Of a DNA stretch of 64,000 bases, positions 28,828-38,311 are shown one piece after another. Source of the DNA: Thermoanaerobaculia bacterium (GTDB lineage Bacteria; Acidobacteriota; Thermoanaerobaculia; UBA5066); the NCBI GenBank assembly GCA_963816185.1, contig CAWFJJ010000025.1, positions 288,001-352,000 of the forward strand, given 5' to 3'. Position numbers and translations under genes: made by a program. Every line of letters begins with the position of its first letter. The first letter of the stretch is position 1. The notes beneath the pieces were generated by a model. The model was not told the DNA's origin, did not search any database, and saw only the letters and a program-made list of their open reading frames with translations.

Positions 28828-29574
28828 TCATCCGAACTCGATCACGACCGGGCCGTGGTCGCTGGTCCCGAACTCTCGGTAGACGCGAGCCGCCACCGCC
28901 TCCGAGGCGAGCGCTTCGCTCGCGAGGACGTAGTCCAGGCGCCAGCCGATGTTGCGCTCCCTGAGCTGCCGCCACGGCGCCCACCACGTGAAAAGAGAGT
29001 CGTTTTCGGGGTCGAGAGCACGGCCCGTGTCCACGAGCCCCTGCGCGAGGATCTTCTCGACGAGCGCGCGCTCGTCGGGGCGCTGTCCGATGGCGCCCGC
29101 TTTCCGCTCTTTCGGGTGGACGTCGCGGTCCGTGAGCGCGACGTTGAGGTCGCCGCAAAGGAGGAGCTTCCGTCCTTCCGCCCGCGCCGCGGCTGCGCGG
29201 CGTTCGAGGGCTTCGAGGAACGCGACCTTGGCGGCGAAGTCCTTCCCGCCGTTCGGAACGTAGAGGGACGCGACCGTGAAATCCGGAAGGTGTGCCTCGA
29301 CGACCCGCGTCTCATGGTCGAAGTCCGGATGCGTGAAGGCGACGTCCCCCCCGAACGTCTCCTTGCGAAGAAGCAGCCCGACGCCCGAGTAGCCCTTGTG
29401 TCCGTGCCAGTACGTCTTGTACCCCTCGGGCGCGACGAGGGAGAGCGGAAGCTGCTCCTGGGCCGCCTTCAGCTCCTGCAGGCAGAGGACATCGGGCTTC
29501 TCGCGCTCGAGCCACTCCACGACCTGCAGCTCCCGCGCCCGGATTCCGTTCACGTTCCAAGTGACGACTTTCAT
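28828..29574 (-). CDS. xth: Exodeoxyribonuclease III
   Basis: TWNVNGIRAR, LQELK, YSGV, YVPNG, GDLN, FTWW, GWRLDY, SDH.PV. Confidence 0.95.
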   Translation of the reverse strand: MKVVTWNVNGIRARELQVVEWLEREKPDVLCLQELKAAQEQLPLSLVAPEGYKTYWHGHKGYSGVGLLLRKETFGGDVAFTHPDFDHETRVVEAHLPDFTVASLYVPNGGKDFAAKVAFLEALERRAAAARAEGRKLLLCGDLNVALTDRDVHPKERKAGAIGQRPDERALVEKILAQGLVDTGRALDPENDSLFTWWAPWRQLRERNIGWRLDYVLASEALASEAVAARVYREFGTSDHGPVVIEFG

Positions 29575-29578
29575 CGCG

Positions 29579-30279
29579 TCAGCACGCGAACCTCTCGGAG
29601 AACTGCCGCGCAAGCTCGGGAGCCGCGCCGTCCTCCTCGTGCTTGAAGAAGACGTAGGCCTCGGTCCACGGCTGTTCGCTCGACGCGCGCCGCCCACGCG
29701 TCGAGGTCCGTCGCGCTGTAATCCTCGCGGCGCAGGCGGAGATATCCCCAGGCCGCCGTGGCCGTGAGCGGCGTCGTGCCCTTTTCGTCGTCGGCGATGC
29801 AAAGGGCCGCGCCGGCGGACTTGAGGAGTGCGAAGACCTCCTCGTCGAGCCACGTCGGATTTCGGAATTCGAAGGCCGCCTTCACGTCCTTCGGCAGCAG
29901 CGCGAGGAACGCGTCGAGTCGCGGCAGGTCCTTCTTCAGGTTCGGCGGCAGCCCGAAGAGGAGCGGCCCGAGGCGGCCGCCGAGGTGCCGCGCCGACCCG
30001 ATGAGAAAGCGCATCTCCTCGGACGTCTCCTTGAGGCGCTTGATGTGCGTGATGCGCTGCGAGGCCTTGAGCGCGAACTGAAACGTCTCCGGGACCTGCG
30101 CCGCCCAGCCCGCGAGAAGCTCGGGCCTCGGCATCCGGTAGAAGGTGTTGTTGATCTCGACCGCGGGAAGCTTCGTCGCGTAGAAGCCCAGGCGTCCTTT
30201 CGACGGGGAGATCCTCCGGGTAGAACGCGCCGGTCCAGCCGTCGTAGCTGAAGCCGCTCGTGCCCGCGAGAACGCGCAT
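29579..30279 (-). CDS. DUF72 (YecE-like) protein, two frameshifts
   Basis: GTSGFSY..W...FYP, VEINNTFYR.P, FALKA..ITH, FEFR, YLRLR, YVFFKHE across frames. Confidence 0.85.
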
Positions 30280-30287
30280 GCCGGATT

Positions 30288-31127
30288 CTAGGTCGCGCGC
30301 TTCTTCCGTGGCGTGGACGGGACGCTCCGGACCACGAGCGCGGTGACGTTGTCGGGCGCGCCGGCCTCGTTCGCGGTGTCGACGAGGGCCCGGACGGCGT
30401 CCCCCGGCTCGCGCGACGCCAGGATCGTGGCGATCGAGAGCTCGTCCACGACGCCGTGGAGGCCGTCCGTGGCGAGAAGAAGCGTCGAGCCCGGCTGCCA
30501 CGGCCTCCAGAAAAGATCGACGTCGACCTCGTCCCGGGCCCCGAGGGAGCGCGTGATGAGGTGATGAAAGGGCAGCCGGGCCACGTCTTCCTGCTTCACG
30601 AGGCCGCGTCGAACCTCGTCGGCGAAGCAGGTGTGGTCGCTGCTGATCTGCTCGAGGCGCCCGTCCTGGAAGAGGTAGGCGCGGCTGTCGCCCACGTTGC
30701 CGAACAGGACCCACTCTCCGAGGACGAGAGCCGCCACGAGAGTCGTTCCCATCGGCGGAAGAGGGGCGGCGCCGGGATCCGGTCCCGCCTTCTCGGGCGC
30801 GGCGAGGATTCCGGCCCGCCTTACGGCCGTGTTCGCGGTCGTCATCGCGCGCCGGAAGACCTCGGCGCTCTCTCCGGGCGCCGTGTAGAAAGTCGAAAAG
30901 AGCACCTCGATCGCGAGCTTGGAGGCGACCTCCCCGCGAGCATGCCCGCCCATTCCGTCCGCCACGGCGAAGAGCGCCCCGCGCGTGCCGAGGCTCGCCC
31001 GCGGGCCGGCCAGCGCGACCAGCGTTTCGGGATCTCCCGCGTAGTCCTCGTTGCCCGGCCGAAGGCGGCCGCGGTCCGACAGGCTCGCCCACTGAAGCCG
31101 GCCGTCTGTTTCGGGATCGGGTTTCAC
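30288..31127 (-). CDS. PP2C-family Ser/Thr protein phosphatase
   Basis: GR.R..NED, VADGMGG, MGTT, VGDSRAY, DH, ATDGL, DNVT; GTG start chosen from TACCAT 8 nt upstream (alternative start 31163). Confidence 0.92.
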   Translation of the reverse strand: MKPDPETDGRLQWASLSDRGRLRPGNEDYAGDPETLVALAGPRASLGTRGALFAVADGMGGHARGEVASKLAIEVLFSTFYTAPGESAEVFRRAMTTANTAVRRAGILAAPEKAGPDPGAAPLPPMGTTLVAALVLGEWVLFGNVGDSRAYLFQDGRLEQISSDHTCFADEVRRGLVKQEDVARLPFHHLITRSLGARDEVDVDLFWRPWQPGSTLLLATDGLHGVVDELSIATILASREPGDAVRALVDTANEAGAPDNVTALVVRSVPSTPRKKRAT

Positions 31128-31163
31128 GCCCGGGAATGGTAGCCCCCGGGCGGTCTCGATCAT

Positions 31164-31517
31164 TCAGGCCTTCCTCTTCGGCGCCCAGCGCAGGATCTCG
31201 ACCTTCTCCATCGTCATGAGAACGCCGCAGCCCGCTTCGTCGAGGATGGGCTCGATGCGCTCGAGGAACCCTCGAATCTTCTCCTCCGTGTCCACGATCT
31301 CGACGACGATCGGAAGGTCCTCGGAGAGCTCGACGAGCCGGGCGCGGTGAACAACGCTGGACGCCCCGTAAGACTCGATGCCCCGGAGGACCGTCGCGCC
31401 CGACAGGCCGGCCGCCCGCGCTTCACGCACGAGGACCTCGAACAGCGGCTGATGACGGGCGCGGTCCAGCTCGCCGATATGGATGCGCAGCAGCTTCGCG
31501 GTCGTGACGTCCTTCAT
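31164..31517 (-). CDS. DUF190 (PII-like) protein
   Basis: LLRIHIGE.D, GATVLRGI..YG, LS.DLP.VVEIVD; overlaps crcB stop, the usual context. Confidence 0.9.
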   Translation of the reverse strand: MKDVTTAKLLRIHIGELDRARHQPLFEVLVREARAAGLSGATVLRGIESYGASSVVHRARLVELSEDLPIVVEIVDTEEKIRGFLERIEPILDEAGCGVLMTMEKVEILRWAPKRKA

Positions 31518-31897
31518 GCGCCGATCCTCCCCAACGAACGGCCGAGAAACGCTCCGACGAGCCCGAAGAAGACCGACCCGCCCACGTAGAACGACGTGCG
31601 GAGGAGGTCTCTGACGGTCAGAAGGCCGAGCGACTCCCACGCGAAGGACGAAAAGGTCGTGAAGCCTCCGAGAATCCCGACCATGATGAACGTGCGCGCC
31701 TCGGGCGAGAGCGCGGCGCGCTCGAGGCCGAGAGCGCCGACGAGGCCGATCGCGAAGCACCCGAGCAGGTTCACGGTGAACGTTCCGACGGGGAAGGAGC
31801 CGGGGAAGGTTCTCTGAAGGCTCGTCGCCATCACGTAGCGGGCGACCGAGCCGATGCCGCCGCCGACGAAGACAAGGAGCAGGAGAGAGGGCCGCAT
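31514..31897 (-). CDS. crcB: Fluoride channel Fluc/CrcB
   Basis: GGGIGS..RY, FP.GTF.VN..G, GILGGFTTFSSF. Confidence 0.95.
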   Translation of the reverse strand: MRPSLLLLVFVGGGIGSVARYVMATSLQRTFPGSFPVGTFTVNLLGCFAIGLVGALGLERAALSPEARTFIMVGILGGFTTFSSFAWESLGLLTVRDLLRTSFYVGGSVFFGLVGAFLGRSLGRIGA

Positions 31898-31931
31898 GCG
31901 TGCGTGCCGTTATACTCGAATCCGCAAAGAC

Positions 31932-31989
31932 GGCGATGGAGTCCGCCGCAAACGCCTTCGGGCTGATGACTCCTACCTCAGGTAGGAGT
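31932..31989 (+). ncRNA. Fluoride riboswitch (crcB motif) with SD-sequestering expression platform
   Basis: GGCGATGGAGTCCGCC..AAACGCC-TTCG-GGCTGATGACTCCTAC matches the consensus; pseudoknot GGAGTC/GACTCC; alternative hairpin ACTCCTACC-TCA-GGTAGGAGT. Confidence 0.92.
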
Positions 31990-31994
31990 TACCC

Positions 31995-33692
31995 GTGTCT
32001 CAGCAGCAGGAAGATGCAGCGCTCGGGGCCATCGCGGAGGTCGCGGAAGAGCGACGCGACCAGGCGATTGCCGCGGAGGCGCGCGAGGCCTCCCGCTCGC
32101 TCGCGGCGGCGCGTTTCAACGTCGCGGTGCTCGGCCAGTTCAAGCGCGGCAAGAGCACGCTCATCAACGCGCTCCTGAAGACGGCGCTGCTGCCCACCGA
32201 CGTCGTGCCGCTGACGACCGCGATCACAATCGTCGAGTACGGCCCGAAGGCCGTGGCGCGCGTGCGATACGACGACGGCCGCGAGGAGACGAGCGGCGTC
32301 GAGCGCCTGGCCGAGTACGTGTCCGAGGAGGGCAACCCCGGCAACCGCAAAGGGGTGCAGGCTGTCATCGTCGAGCTCCCGGCGCCGCTCCTCGCGCGCG
32401 GAGTGCGGTTGGTCGACACTCCGGGTATCGGCAGCGTGTTCGCGCCGAACTCGGAGGCCACACGCCGCTTCCTGCCGCGCATCGACATCGCGATCGTCGT
32501 GCTCGGATCGGACCCGCCGATCTCGGGCGAGGAGCTGACGATGGTGCGGGAGGTGGCCCCCCTCTGCGGCGGCCTCCGCGTCGTCCTCAACAAGTCGGAC
32601 CGGGTCCGCGAAAAGACCCGTGAGAAGGCGGAGACGTTCACGCGCACGGTCCTGAAAGGCGCTCTCGGCCGTGACCCGGGCCCGGTGCTGCACACCTCGG
32701 CCAGGACCGCGCTCGAGGCCGGGAGCGAGGACGGCGTCGACGCGTTGCGAGACTGGATCGAAGGCCTCGCCGGCGACGCGGCGGACGACCTCGCGCGCTC
32801 CTCGGCGCGAAGAGCCGTGCGTCACCTCGCGTCACGCCTGCTCCACGAGATCGAGATCGAGCGTGTGGCGCTCACGCAGCCGATCGAGGAGCTGGAGGAA
32901 CGCGTCGAGCGCTTCCGGCACGCGATGCGCGACATCGAGGACCTCGCGTTCGCGGTGCTGACCCGGCTCCGCGACGAGACCTCCATCGATTGGAAGGCCT
33001 GGCAGGACCACCGGCGCGAGCTGGAAGCGAGCTGGACGGAGCGGGTGGTCGAAGCCGTCCGGACGGACCTCGGCCGGCCGCCGGGGCGCTCGCGGGCGGC
33101 GATGCGAAGGACGGCTGCTGAAATCACCCGAAAGCTCGTGGCGGAGGGAGTCGAGGCCTGGCGGGGGGAAGCGGTGGCGGCGTTCGACCAGCACCGGACC
33201 CATAAGCTCACCCGGGCGACGAGCGAGGCGAATCGGCTGATCGCGCGGGTGGCCGCGGCCGCGGCCGAGGCTTTCGGGACCGAGGTCGAAGAGTTCGAGC
33301 CGGAGCCGCTCGACGTCGAGAGTCCGACGGGGGTCTTCGAGTTCGTGGAGGCTGCGGCCGCCCTGGACGCCTCAGCCTGGCTCGTGCCGCTCACCGACGC
33401 CTTCCTGGTCCGGCCGGCAGTCACGGCGCGGGCGGCCTCGCGAGCGCGCCGGACCGCCCGTGAGTGGTTCCGTCGAAACCTCTACGAGGTCGACCGCCAC
33501 CTGACGGACGGGCTCGACCTGATCACCCGTCACGTCGACGCCGAGGTGCGAAGGCGGCTCGAAGCCCTCCGGGACGAGGTTCTCGTCGCGGTCGAGGAGG
33601 GGCGAAGGACGCGGGAGGAGGGCCTCCGCGCCGTCGAGAAGGCGCTCGCCCGGCTCGCGGCGCAGCGCGAGCGCCTCGAGGCCGCGCGCTAA
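31995..33692 (+). CDS. Bacterial dynamin-like GTPase
   Basis: G1 GQFKRGKST, G2 PLT, G3 DTPG, G4 NKSD; long helical C-terminus; AGGAG 6 nt upstream of GTG. Confidence 0.9.
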   Translation: MSQQQEDAALGAIAEVAEERRDQAIAAEAREASRSLAAARFNVAVLGQFKRGKSTLINALLKTALLPTDVVPLTTAITIVEYGPKAVARVRYDDGREETSGVERLAEYVSEEGNPGNRKGVQAVIVELPAPLLARGVRLVDTPGIGSVFAPNSEATRRFLPRIDIAIVVLGSDPPISGEELTMVREVAPLCGGLRVVLNKSDRVREKTREKAETFTRTVLKGALGRDPGPVLHTSARTALEAGSEDGVDALRDWIEGLAGDAADDLARSSARRAVRHLASRLLHEIEIERVALTQPIEELEERVERFRHAMRDIEDLAFAVLTRLRDETSIDWKAWQDHRRELEASWTERVVEAVRTDLGRPPGRSRAAMRRTAAEITRKLVAEGVEAWRGEAVAAFDQHRTHKLTRATSEANRLIARVAAAAAEAFGTEVEEFEPEPLDVESPTGVFEFVEAAAALDASAWLVPLTDAFLVRPAVTARAASRARRTAREWFRRNLYEVDRHLTDGLDLITRHVDAEVRRRLEALRDEVLVAVEEGRRTREEGLRAVEKALARLAAQRERLEAAR

Positions 33693-33697
33693 GCTCC

Positions 33698-35480
33698 ATG
33701 CTCTTGACCAGAGGGTCTCATCGATTTCGTCCTGGCGCCGCGGCGGCGTTCGTTCTCGGCGTCGCCGCGCTCGTGCGGTGCGCGTCGGCGCCGCCCGCGC
33801 CCTCAAGGCGCACTGTGGTCATCTCGTTCGACGGGCTCGGCGGCGTGAGGCTGAACGAGCTCCTTTCGCAGGGGAAGCTGACGGCCGGCGGCTTTTCGGC
33901 GATCGCCGAGCGCGGCCTTCTCGCGGGGCGCGCCATCGACGTCACGCCGTCCCTGACGCCCGCGGCTCACATCGCCGCGATCACGGGCGCGCCGCCTGCG
34001 CGGAACGGGATCGTCGGAAATCGTTTCCGCGAGCCGGGCAGACCCTTCGGCGCCGAGACGACGGGGTTTCTCGCGCCCATCGAAACGGAGACGCTCTGGG
34101 AGGCCGCGCGCCGCCAGGGACATCGCGTCGGCGTGCTCCTCTATCCGGGCGCGGACGGCACGAATGCACGGCGGCGCGGCGACTTCGGCCTGACCTGGCC
34201 CGATCGGCCGGCGCAGGCGTCGGCCTTCGTGACACTCGACAGCGGGCATTGGACCGGCGCCGGCGGGACGGACGCGGCCTCGTTCTCCCCGGTCCGCCGG
34301 ACGACGGTGGACGTGGCGGCGCCGGGCGGCCGCACGGTGCGCCTCGACATTCGCGCGCGCGACACGACGAACGACGGCGTCGTCGACTACGACACGCTGG
34401 TCGTGGCGCGCCCGGACGGAGCTGCGGCGGAAGTCAAGCGCCTCGGCTGGTTCGCGGTCCAGGCCCCGGGCAAGGACGGACCTTTCACCGCATGGTGCCG
34501 CGTCGTCACGCTGGAGCCGACGCTCGCGCGCGTCAACGTCTACGTGGGCGGCTTCTTCGCCGTGCCCGCCTATCCCGCGGCCTTCCGCTCCCGATTCGAG
34601 GCGGCGCTCGGCGGGTGGCCGGGGCCGCCGGATCCGGCGCTCGTGCGTGCGGGTCCGCCCGGGGAGGGCGATGCCGCCGGCGAGGAGCAGGCCCAGCGCC
34701 TCGCGGAGTACCTCACGCGGGCGATCGTCTTCGCGATCCGGAGCGAGCAGCTGGGACCTCCTCGTTGCGTACCAGCCCCTCGTGGACGAGATCGAGCACC
34801 ACTTCGAGCCCGGACCGCGCGGCGGCTCGGCCGAGGCGATCGTGCGCGCCTTCCAGACCGCCGACCGTTGCGTCGCCGCGATGCTCGCCGCCCTCACGGC
34901 GCGCGACACGCTCCTCATCCTCAGCGACCACGGAATGGTCCCGCTCGAGAAGTCGGTCGACCTCGAGCGGTATCTCGAGGAGAAGAGCTGGACGATCGCG
35001 CGGAAGGCCGGGGCCCAGGGCGGGCCGCATGTCGTGCAGGTCTGCGCGTCGAGCGGGATCGCGCACGTGTACGTCGACCCCGCCCTCGCGCCCGCGGCGC
35101 GCGCCGAGGCAGCGGCGGCTCTCGCCCGAGACCTCGCGGGCCTTTCGGCGCTGCCCGGAAGCCTCGTCGACGCGATCGTGCCTCGCGCCGCCCTCGGCTC
35201 GCTCGACCTCGACAACCCGCGGTCGGGCGACGTCGTCGTCCTTCTCCGTCCGGGGTTCGAGTTCGTGCGCGGAAGGCCTTCCGTCCTCTCGGTCCCGACG
35301 AATCTCGGGGGCCACGGCTACCGAAACGCGACGCCCGTCCTCGACGCGTCGTTCGCCGCGATCGGCCCGGGAATCGAGCCCTCGCGCCCCGCGACCGTCT
35401 CGCTCCTCGAGGTCGCCTCGCGCGCGGCGCGCGCCCTCGGCATCGATCCTCCGCGCGGCGCCGCGCCGGCCGGGCGCTGA
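33698..35480 (+). CDS. Alkaline phosphatase superfamily nucleotide pyrophosphatase/phosphodiesterase, probable lipoprotein (frameshift ~34745)
   Basis: ISFDG, PSLT..AH...TG....NGIVGN, D..EH, SDHGM, GHGY; N-terminal hydrophobic stretch ending in Cys. Confidence 0.85.
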
Positions 35481-35482
35481 CC

Positions 35483-36712
35483 TCAGAACAGAGGCGTCGG
35501 AACGTTTCCCCAGCCGGTTCCCGGACCCAGGTCCTTCATCTCCTGGACGGCGAGATCGTGCATGTCCACGTCCACGAGGAACCGCGGCGTGCGCGTTGCG
35601 TTGATCGCGAAGAGCGACGCCGGCGCCGGAGATTCCCTGGGTGTCTCGACGCTGAGGAAGATCAGCCGTCGGATCACGCCGTCAGCGGCGGTGCCCGGTG
35701 CCGTGGCTCCTCCTGCGTGATGCATCGCGTGGCCGCCCTGGAGGTGCCGGAAGGGATGGAAGATCCAGTCCGCGATCATCGGCATGGTCTGGTGATGCTC
35801 GTAGAGCCGCCACTCGGGCCCCGTGTCCGCGATCATTCCCTGCATGACGTACTGCCGCGGAACGACGTACACGAGGATCGGCCCCGGCGTCCTTGACGCG
35901 CGAGCCTTGACCTCGGGCAGCTCGAGCAAGGCAGACATGCGGTGCTCGAGCATCGCCCCGTCAGCCGGAAGGATGGCAAGTGCGGTGATTCGTCCGCTCG
36001 ACCAGAGAGGTAGCCGGTTCACCGTGTAGGCACGCAGGGCGAAGGCGCCCCCCACGGCGACGACGAAGAGGATCGCCAGATCGAACAGCGTCCGAAAGGC
36101 CGCGGATTTCGGAAGCGGAAGGCGGCCGAGGATGCGTTCCAGCCCACGCGGGAGAAACATCCCGGTCCGCGCCATGTATTCGCGGTACCGGTCGCCGAAC
36201 TGCTTCACCATCCGGCGCTCCTCGTCCCGCGCCAGCAGGACGTACAGCCCGATCATGGCGGTCCAGAGGACGATGGTCAGGAATCGCGGCCAGAGGATGG
36301 CGAGACCCAGCGCCGCAAACGAGAGGGCCATGTATTGCGGGTGGCGGATCCACCTGTAGAGCCCGCCCAACGCCGGTCCCCGGTGGAAGAGTTTGTGGGA
36401 GTACACCTGGCCGGCGCAGACGAGGAACACGAGCGTGCCGCCGACGAACAGCACCGAGCCGGCGACGCGGACCGCCTTCAGGAAGAGCCCCGGCGGCAGG
36501 ACCATGTGGGGCAGGAAGAAAGCCGCCAGCCAGCGGGACGCCGGCCACTTCGCGAGGAAGAGCAGGACCGGGTTGAAGACAGCGTAGAAGAACGCCGCGA
36601 AGGGGCTGATCATGACCAGCACTTCGAGCGCGATGACGAAGTACAGGAGGATCACGCCGCCGAGAACCGGGTGAGGCCTGGCGGCCGCGCGGTCTTCGTC
36701 TCGTTGCGTCAT
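35483..36712 (-). CDS. Isoprenylcysteine carboxylmethyltransferase/PEMT family membrane methyltransferase with C-terminal extension
   Basis: GLYRWIRHPQY, EE..M...FG..Y.EY...T.MFLP; multiple TM segments. Confidence 0.82.
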   Translation of the reverse strand: MTQRDEDRAAARPHPVLGGVILLYFVIALEVLVMISPFAAFFYAVFNPVLLFLAKWPASRWLAAFFLPHMVLPPGLFLKAVRVAGSVLFVGGTLVFLVCAGQVYSHKLFHRGPALGGLYRWIRHPQYMALSFAALGLAILWPRFLTIVLWTAMIGLYVLLARDEERRMVKQFGDRYREYMARTGMFLPRGLERILGRLPLPKSAAFRTLFDLAILFVVAVGGAFALRAYTVNRLPLWSSGRITALAILPADGAMLEHRMSALLELPEVKARASRTPGPILVYVVPRQYVMQGMIADTGPEWRLYEHHQTMPMIADWIFHPFRHLQGGHAMHHAGGATAPGTAADGVIRRLIFLSVETPRESPAPASLFAINATRTPRFLVDVDMHDLAVQEMKDLGPGTGWGNVPTPLF

Positions 36713-37269
36713 CAGGGGTCTCCGTCGAGATCAGTCGGCTTTCGACGGGCGCGGCGGATGTCCCTCGGCGGGTCCGTCGAGGCCAACGCCTGGTTCAGGC
36801 AGGTGAGCGAGGAGAGGACTCCGGCGCGGGACCTTCGGGGAATGGCCGACATGAGCCTCCTGAAGCGATCACGGCTGGAGCGCTCGACGTTCTTCGCGAC
36901 CCGCGTGCCACGTGTCGTCAGCGAGAGGAGCCGTTCGCGCCCGTCGTCTGCCGAGCGGCTCTGGACCAGGTGGCCCGCGCTCTCCATCCGCCGGCACAGC
37001 CGGGCCACGTTGCTCTTGTCGATTCCGAGGGCCCGCCCCAGCTCGCGTTGGGTCGCGAGCTCGCGCTTCCGCGCCGTTTCGAGCAGGACCATGAGCGCAT
37101 GGGCGTGGGAAACCGCAACGGGATGGCCGCAGGGTGTCTGATCGCCCGCGAGAAGCCCGGCGGACCTTGTGAAGGCCTGGATCAGGCGTCTCAGGTCGGC
37201 GCCTTCGAGCTCTGATGCCGGGTTGGGGGCCGGCCGCGATCGGGCTCGTCGAGGGCTCACGGTCGTCAT
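36712..37269 (-). CDS. MarR family transcriptional regulator
   Basis: TQRELG..LGIDKSNV.R....ME..G, D.RE..L.LT..G; TPCG motif. Confidence 0.88.
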   Translation of the reverse strand: MTTVSPRRARSRPAPNPASELEGADLRRLIQAFTRSAGLLAGDQTPCGHPVAVSHAHALMVLLETARKRELATQRELGRALGIDKSNVARLCRRMESAGHLVQSRSADDGRERLLSLTTRGTRVAKNVERSSRDRFRRLMSAIPRRSRAGVLSSLTCLNQALASTDPPRDIRRARRKPTDLDGDP

Positions 37270-37275
37270 CGTACC

Positions 37276-37305
37276 AGCAGATGGTTGCGTGCGCAACTAT
37301 CTGCT
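37276..37305. promoter_or_regulatory. Putative MarR operator
   Basis: 14-2-14 inverted repeat AGCAGATGGTTGCG-TG-CGCAACTATCTGCT (13/14) just upstream of the marR ATG. Confidence 0.7.
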
Positions 37306-37328
37306 CCCTCGCCGCGCCCCGGTCGGCT

Positions 37329-37700
37329 TTACGACGAGACCCTCGCCTTCCTAGGGGGCGGCGATGCAGCTTGGAGGCCGTCGATCCGATGCCGAAGCGC
37401 GAGAACGGGGTGCCGGAGGAGCATGCGCGGCCCCGCATACCGCATGACGATTCTCATCTCTTCCTTCTTGTCAACCCGATAGCAGTGGATCGGACACTTG
37501 ACGCACGTGGGCTTGGCCTCGCCGTACGGACATCGCGCGAGCCGAAGGTCGGCGTAACGGCCAAGGTCTGCGCAGGAGCCGCACAGGCCCGCCGCCGAAC
37601 CGTGGACGCCCTTGCAGTAGATGCGAAGCATCGCCCGGATCGTCCGGCTTTCCCGCTCCAATCTGCCTTCCATCTTCACGAGAACAGCTTGTGGCGTCAC
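37329..37700 (-). CDS. ygbA: Nitrous oxide-stimulated promoter (YgbA) family Cys-rich protein
   Basis: E..T...M..IYC...H, C..C, CPYG..KPTC..CPIHCY, MRYAGPRML..HP; GGAGG before GTG 37700. Confidence 0.88.
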   Translation of the reverse strand: MTPQAVLVKMEGRLERESRTIRAMLRIYCKGVHGSAAGLCGSCADLGRYADLRLARCPYGEAKPTCVKCPIHCYRVDKKEEMRIVMRYAGPRMLLRHPVLALRHRIDGLQAASPPPRKARVSS

Positions 37701-37744
37701 GGCCCCTCCCCCCATGATTCAAACGGATCAACGAGCTCGTCGGC

Positions 37745-37758
37745 ATGACGGCTGTCAT
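37745..37758. promoter_or_regulatory. Putative Crp/Fnr-type box upstream of ygbA
   Basis: Perfect palindrome ATGAC-N4-GTCAT centred at -41.5 relative to a weak TTGAAT -10 (37722-37717). Confidence 0.5.
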
Positions 37759-37795
37759 AACGGTGGCGAACGGAGGGCGCTGGTCCTGTTCGGCT

Positions 37796-38311
37796 CTAGA
37801 GCAGCGTCGCGCCCGCGACACCCGCGGCGAGCACCAGGAGGGTCGGGTCGATCTTCGTGAACGCCATGAGGGCGAAGCTCGCAACGCAGATCGCGATCGC
37901 GATCGGGCTCACGAGGGAAGCCGTCCCGAGGCTGAGGCAGACGGCCAGGAGCATCCCGACGACGACCGGCTTGATCCCGCGGAAGACCGAGCCGACGGCC
38001 TTCGAGGTCTTGAACTTCAGGTAGTACTTCGTGACGAAGGTGGTCACGAGGAGCGACGGGAGGTAGCTCCCGGCGGTCGCGGTCACCGCCCCCGCGAGCC
38101 CCGCCACCTTGTAGCCGATGAAGGCGTTCATGATGGTCAACGGTCCCGGCGTCACCTGCCCGATCGCCACCGCGTCCATGAACTCCTGGTTCGTCAACCA
38201 GCGGAACTGCTCCACGAAGAAACCATGGAGCAGGGGGAGCATGACGTACCCGCCCCCGATGGTGAAGAGGTTGACGAGGAAGAGAACCCCGAACAGCACG
38301 ACGAGCGTCAT
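37796..38311 (-). CDS. chrA: Short-chain chromate transporter (second subunit)
   Basis: FTIGGGY, WL...EF.D..AIGQ.TPGP, F.GYK.AG. Confidence 0.9.
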   Translation of the reverse strand: MTLVVLFGVLFLVNLFTIGGGYVMLPLLHGFFVEQFRWLTNQEFMDAVAIGQVTPGPLTIMNAFIGYKVAGLAGAVTATAGSYLPSLLVTTFVTKYYLKFKTSKAVGSVFRGIKPVVVGMLLAVCLSLGTASLVSPIAIAICVASFALMAFTKIDPTLLVLAAGVAGATLL

